Notes under the pieces: generated by a model
What the model was told of the DNA's origin: nothing
The model's database searches: none
The model's input: the letters and a program-made list of their open reading frames with translations, nothing else
Shown: piece by piece, positions 57,056 to 59,746 of the stretch
Layout: each line of letters starts with the position of its first letter
Position numbering within the stretch: the stretch's first letter is position 1
IMG/VR virus record: IMGVR_UViG_3300030060_003581
Span: 1-59,746 of that record
Strand: one strand, 5' to 3'
Source of the DNA: a virus
Taxonomy: Duplodnaviria > Caudoviricetes
DNA: 59,746 nucleotides
Program-made: the position numbers and the translations under genes

Positions 57056-59746
57056 CTATGCACTATTACTCGCATTTATACTTGGGGCTATATCATTCAA
57101 TATGTTTATGATTCTATCTGCGGCCTCACGCTCATTGAAGAAGCCGTTAAAGTTATTCGTCATAACAATATCCATCTTGTTGTATAGCGTTCCTACTCCT
57201 TGCTTTACCACTTGCTTATACAAAGAGCCGGTTACATTACCATACTTGCCTCCAAAGAATAACTCCTCTTTGGCATTACCAAAGTCGTAAATATCATCAG
57301 TTAGGTTTTGTAGTTCTGCGCCTATATCATTTATCAGAACCGCAGTGTCCTCCATTTCGTTACTTGCCGACATAATTTCTGCTACTGTCGCCCCTGTTAT
57401 CACCATATCGTTTAGCATCATTAAGTTGGAATAAACACTTGGGTCAAGAAGAACCTTTAGGCTTTCCTTTTGTGCCTCAGTTAATTGACGACCGGACTCG
57501 AATAAGGTTTGGGCATTTTCGACTAACTGTTCTGAGTTCACTAGATAAGAACCACCAAGGCTTAAATCAATATCAAAGCCCGAATCAGCCAATACTCCTA
57601 AAGCCTCTTGGTTTTCGGATATTCCGTCAGTGTAGTCTTGAAGGATTGGAACTTGGTCGGCTATGACTTGGGTGGTGTTAATTATAAGGTCAATGCTATT
57701 TGTAAAGTAATCTGAAATTACGCTAAAGTCACCAGCCGCTTCTTGTTGGGCGGCATAGTAAGCATCTAACTGCATCTGAGTTACTAATACCGAGTGAGTT
57801 CCGTCAACTACATCTTTTAATACATTAACTATGTTTTTTGCGTTGCCTAACTGACCTTTTTGCCTACTATCTAAGTTGTCGTAATTTGCATTTAGACTTC
57901 TAACCGCTTGGTCTAAGAGTTGCGTGTCCTCCTTCAAATCCTTCACAGTAACTCCATGCAAACCCGTCAACTCAGCCATATACTCAGCATCTTCATTAAA
58001 TAAAGCACTGTTGCTTCGTAGTGTGTCAAGCACTTGGTTATGCGCTTCTTGAGCCTTTGTCACTTCAGAAGTTATTTCAGCCTGTCTTTCCATGCGCTTA
58101 TTCATTATAAACAAAGCACCTGATACTGCTACCATAGGCCCGACAGACTTTAATAGACCTTTTGCATAACCACCTGCGGTTAAGTTACCTTTTTGGAATG
58201 ACACAAGTAGTGCTTTTTGTGTATCGAGAACCCCTGTCATGGCCGTCTTTAACTGACCGAATGCTGGTAGTAAAGAAGTAGTCATCAAAAGAGTAGCGGC
58301 TAAAGCACCGTTAGCGTTTTTGTTGAACATAGGTAACAAAGTAGCCCCGATTGTATTAACTGCCATACCAAGACGCATGAACCCTGCTTGAGAGTCGGCT
58401 ATTAACTTTTTAGTTTTGCCTGCTCTCATTTTCTCCATATCATCCTGTTCTTTTGCATTTAACTTAATTTTTTTGGCTATCTTATCCTCTAACTGTATTC
58501 TTAATTGGGTTTCCTTGTTTGCGTCATCTTGAGCATCTGCACTTCTGATATAAGCGTCAATTAGTTCTTCTTCTAAAGGCAAAATCTCTATCATTATACG
58601 CTTTAGTTCTTCCAACTCAACTCTATTATTTTTTTGTAATGCTAAGTTAGCGTCCATCAACATATTCTCTTCTGTCTTGAGAAGATTCATGGCTTCATTT
58701 CCAATAAGCATATCTGTAATATGCTGATTCTTAGCGTTACTTTCATAGTTTTCCCTACGCAAAAACGCAAGACCTTGCTTTTTCAAAACGAAAGCCTTCG
58801 AGCCGTCTTTCAAAACCTCCGCTTCAACTCTTTGTAAGTCTTTTAGGCCGGGAATCAATTTGGATAAATTGGATAATCTATCTCGGTCGGATTCGCTTAA
58901 CGCTTTATTTTCTGCTCTTAGTTCTCTCGCCTTTGCTCTTAACGCATCATACTCAGCGGTCTGTGCCGCATACTTTTCAGTTAGTTGAGGAACTATGTTC
59001 ATCAAGGCTTTGTTTGCTTCGACATTAGCCATAGCCTCAGTCTGCGTAGTTCCTCTTGTTCCTTCGATTAACTGCATTCCTCTAACTCTTTCGTTTTCCT
59101 GTATGATTGTCTGCATCAAGGTGTGTTGTTCGTGTAACTCACGCTTTTTTGCCCTAAGACTTATCAAATCTTGATTAGTAAAGTTCTGCATAGTTCTTGC
59201 TTGAATAACTACCATTTTGTTATAGGATTCTTCTTTTACGACTCTTGAGTTAAACATAGTATTGAATTGCTTTTCTAATGACAATTCATGCTCTTTCATA
59301 TTTAGATTTGCGTCTAGTGAACGGTCAATAGCAGTTTGCATATTGAGCCTCTTATCAAACATAGAGTTACGCATCAAAGTTATATTACTAAGTTGAATAC
59401 TTGAGGCTACTTCTTCATCCTTTATAGCCTCCCTTCTAGCCTCTATATCGGCTCGCCTCATTCCTATCTTTTCCAATTCCCTTTCTAATATGGTAGCCGA
59501 TAATAGCGCCGCCTGTTGCTTTTCCCTTGCGGCGTTTATCTTTTGGTATTGGTATCTAACCTTACTAAGCAAATACTCCTGTTCCTCAGTAGCCTTTTTT
59601 CCATACTCTAAGTGAGTAGCCTGTTTGCTATGCAAGTGTTCGTTAGCGATAAGGATGCCGTGTAAGTCTCTTTGCACCGAATCGAACATTTCCATACCAA
59701 CGGCTAAGGTTTGAATACCAAGACCAAACTTTAGGAATCCGCCCAT
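57056..59746 (-). CDS. Tail tape measure protein, C-terminal part (joined to 1-1395)
   Basis: Coiled-coil/helical 896 aa, in frame across the terminal overlap. Confidence 0.88.
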   Translation of the reverse strand: MGGFLKFGLGIQTLAVGMEMFDSVQRDLHGILIANEHLHSKQATHLEYGKKATEEQEYLLSKVRYQYQKINAAREKQQAALLSATILERELEKIGMRRADIEARREAIKDEEVASSIQLSNITLMRNSMFDKRLNMQTAIDRSLDANLNMKEHELSLEKQFNTMFNSRVVKEESYNKMVVIQARTMQNFTNQDLISLRAKKRELHEQHTLMQTIIQENERVRGMQLIEGTRGTTQTEAMANVEANKALMNIVPQLTEKYAAQTAEYDALRAKARELRAENKALSESDRDRLSNLSKLIPGLKDLQRVEAEVLKDGSKAFVLKKQGLAFLRRENYESNAKNQHITDMLIGNEAMNLLKTEENMLMDANLALQKNNRVELEELKRIMIEILPLEEELIDAYIRSADAQDDANKETQLRIQLEDKIAKKIKLNAKEQDDMEKMRAGKTKKLIADSQAGFMRLGMAVNTIGATLLPMFNKNANGALAATLLMTTSLLPAFGQLKTAMTGVLDTQKALLVSFQKGNLTAGGYAKGLLKSVGPMVAVSGALFIMNKRMERQAEITSEVTKAQEAHNQVLDTLRSNSALFNEDAEYMAELTGLHGVTVKDLKEDTQLLDQAVRSLNANYDNLDSRQKGQLGNAKNIVNVLKDVVDGTHSVLVTQMQLDAYYAAQQEAAGDFSVISDYFTNSIDLIINTTQVIADQVPILQDYTDGISENQEALGVLADSGFDIDLSLGGSYLVNSEQLVENAQTLFESGRQLTEAQKESLKVLLDPSVYSNLMMLNDMVITGATVAEIMSASNEMEDTAVLINDIGAELQNLTDDIYDFGNAKEELFFGGKYGNVTGSLYKQVVKQGVGTLYNKMDIVMTNNFNGFFNEREAADRIINILNDIAPSINASNSA
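59606..59746. repeat. Terminal direct repeat, copy 2
   Basis: Matches 1-141 with two mismatches. Confidence 0.97.

Noticed and set aside
57056-59746. Independent 896-aa gene starting at 59746
   Set aside because: The ATG is internal; the frame continues from 1395 across the junction

Overview
This window is an apparently complete, circularly assembled genome of about 59.6 kb. Bases 1-141 repeat 59606-59746 with two synonymous differences. It is a tailed siphovirus-type (HK97-fold) dsDNA virus with an archaeal-type replication module: PolB, fused PriS/PriL primase, MCM-like helicase, RFC, PCNA-like clamp, RPA-like SSB, Cas4-like and ERCC4 nucleases. It also has TATA-box promoters and GGAGG/GGTGA ribosome-binding sites. 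This gene set most resembles Magrovirus-like viruses of marine Poseidoniales (MG-II Euryarchaeota); that assignment is an inference, not a database result. Layout: morphogenesis on the minus strand (50047-59746 joined to 1-19369), an accessory/regulatory island (19.4-26.3 kb), early genes (26.3-33.0 kb), and replication genes (33.1-50.0 kb). The most unusual signals are in the island. (1) Two copies of an unrecognised three-hairpin, probably pseudoknotted RNA motif with covarying stems, whose 5' segments are each complementary to a separate site in a structured leader at 33.05-33.12 kb. (2) Very hairpin-dense non-coding stretches flanking a membrane-anchored amidoligase/class II glutamine amidotransferase polyprotein. 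(3) A single-gene cassette array separated by an exact 20-bp repeat. Other notable items are a candidate proteasome chaperone (PAC2/PbaB-like), a protease polyprotein with V-x-A sites and a nested scaffold, a -1 tail-chaperone frameshift, three promoter classes and a candidate origin. All product calls come from motif recognition by eye.
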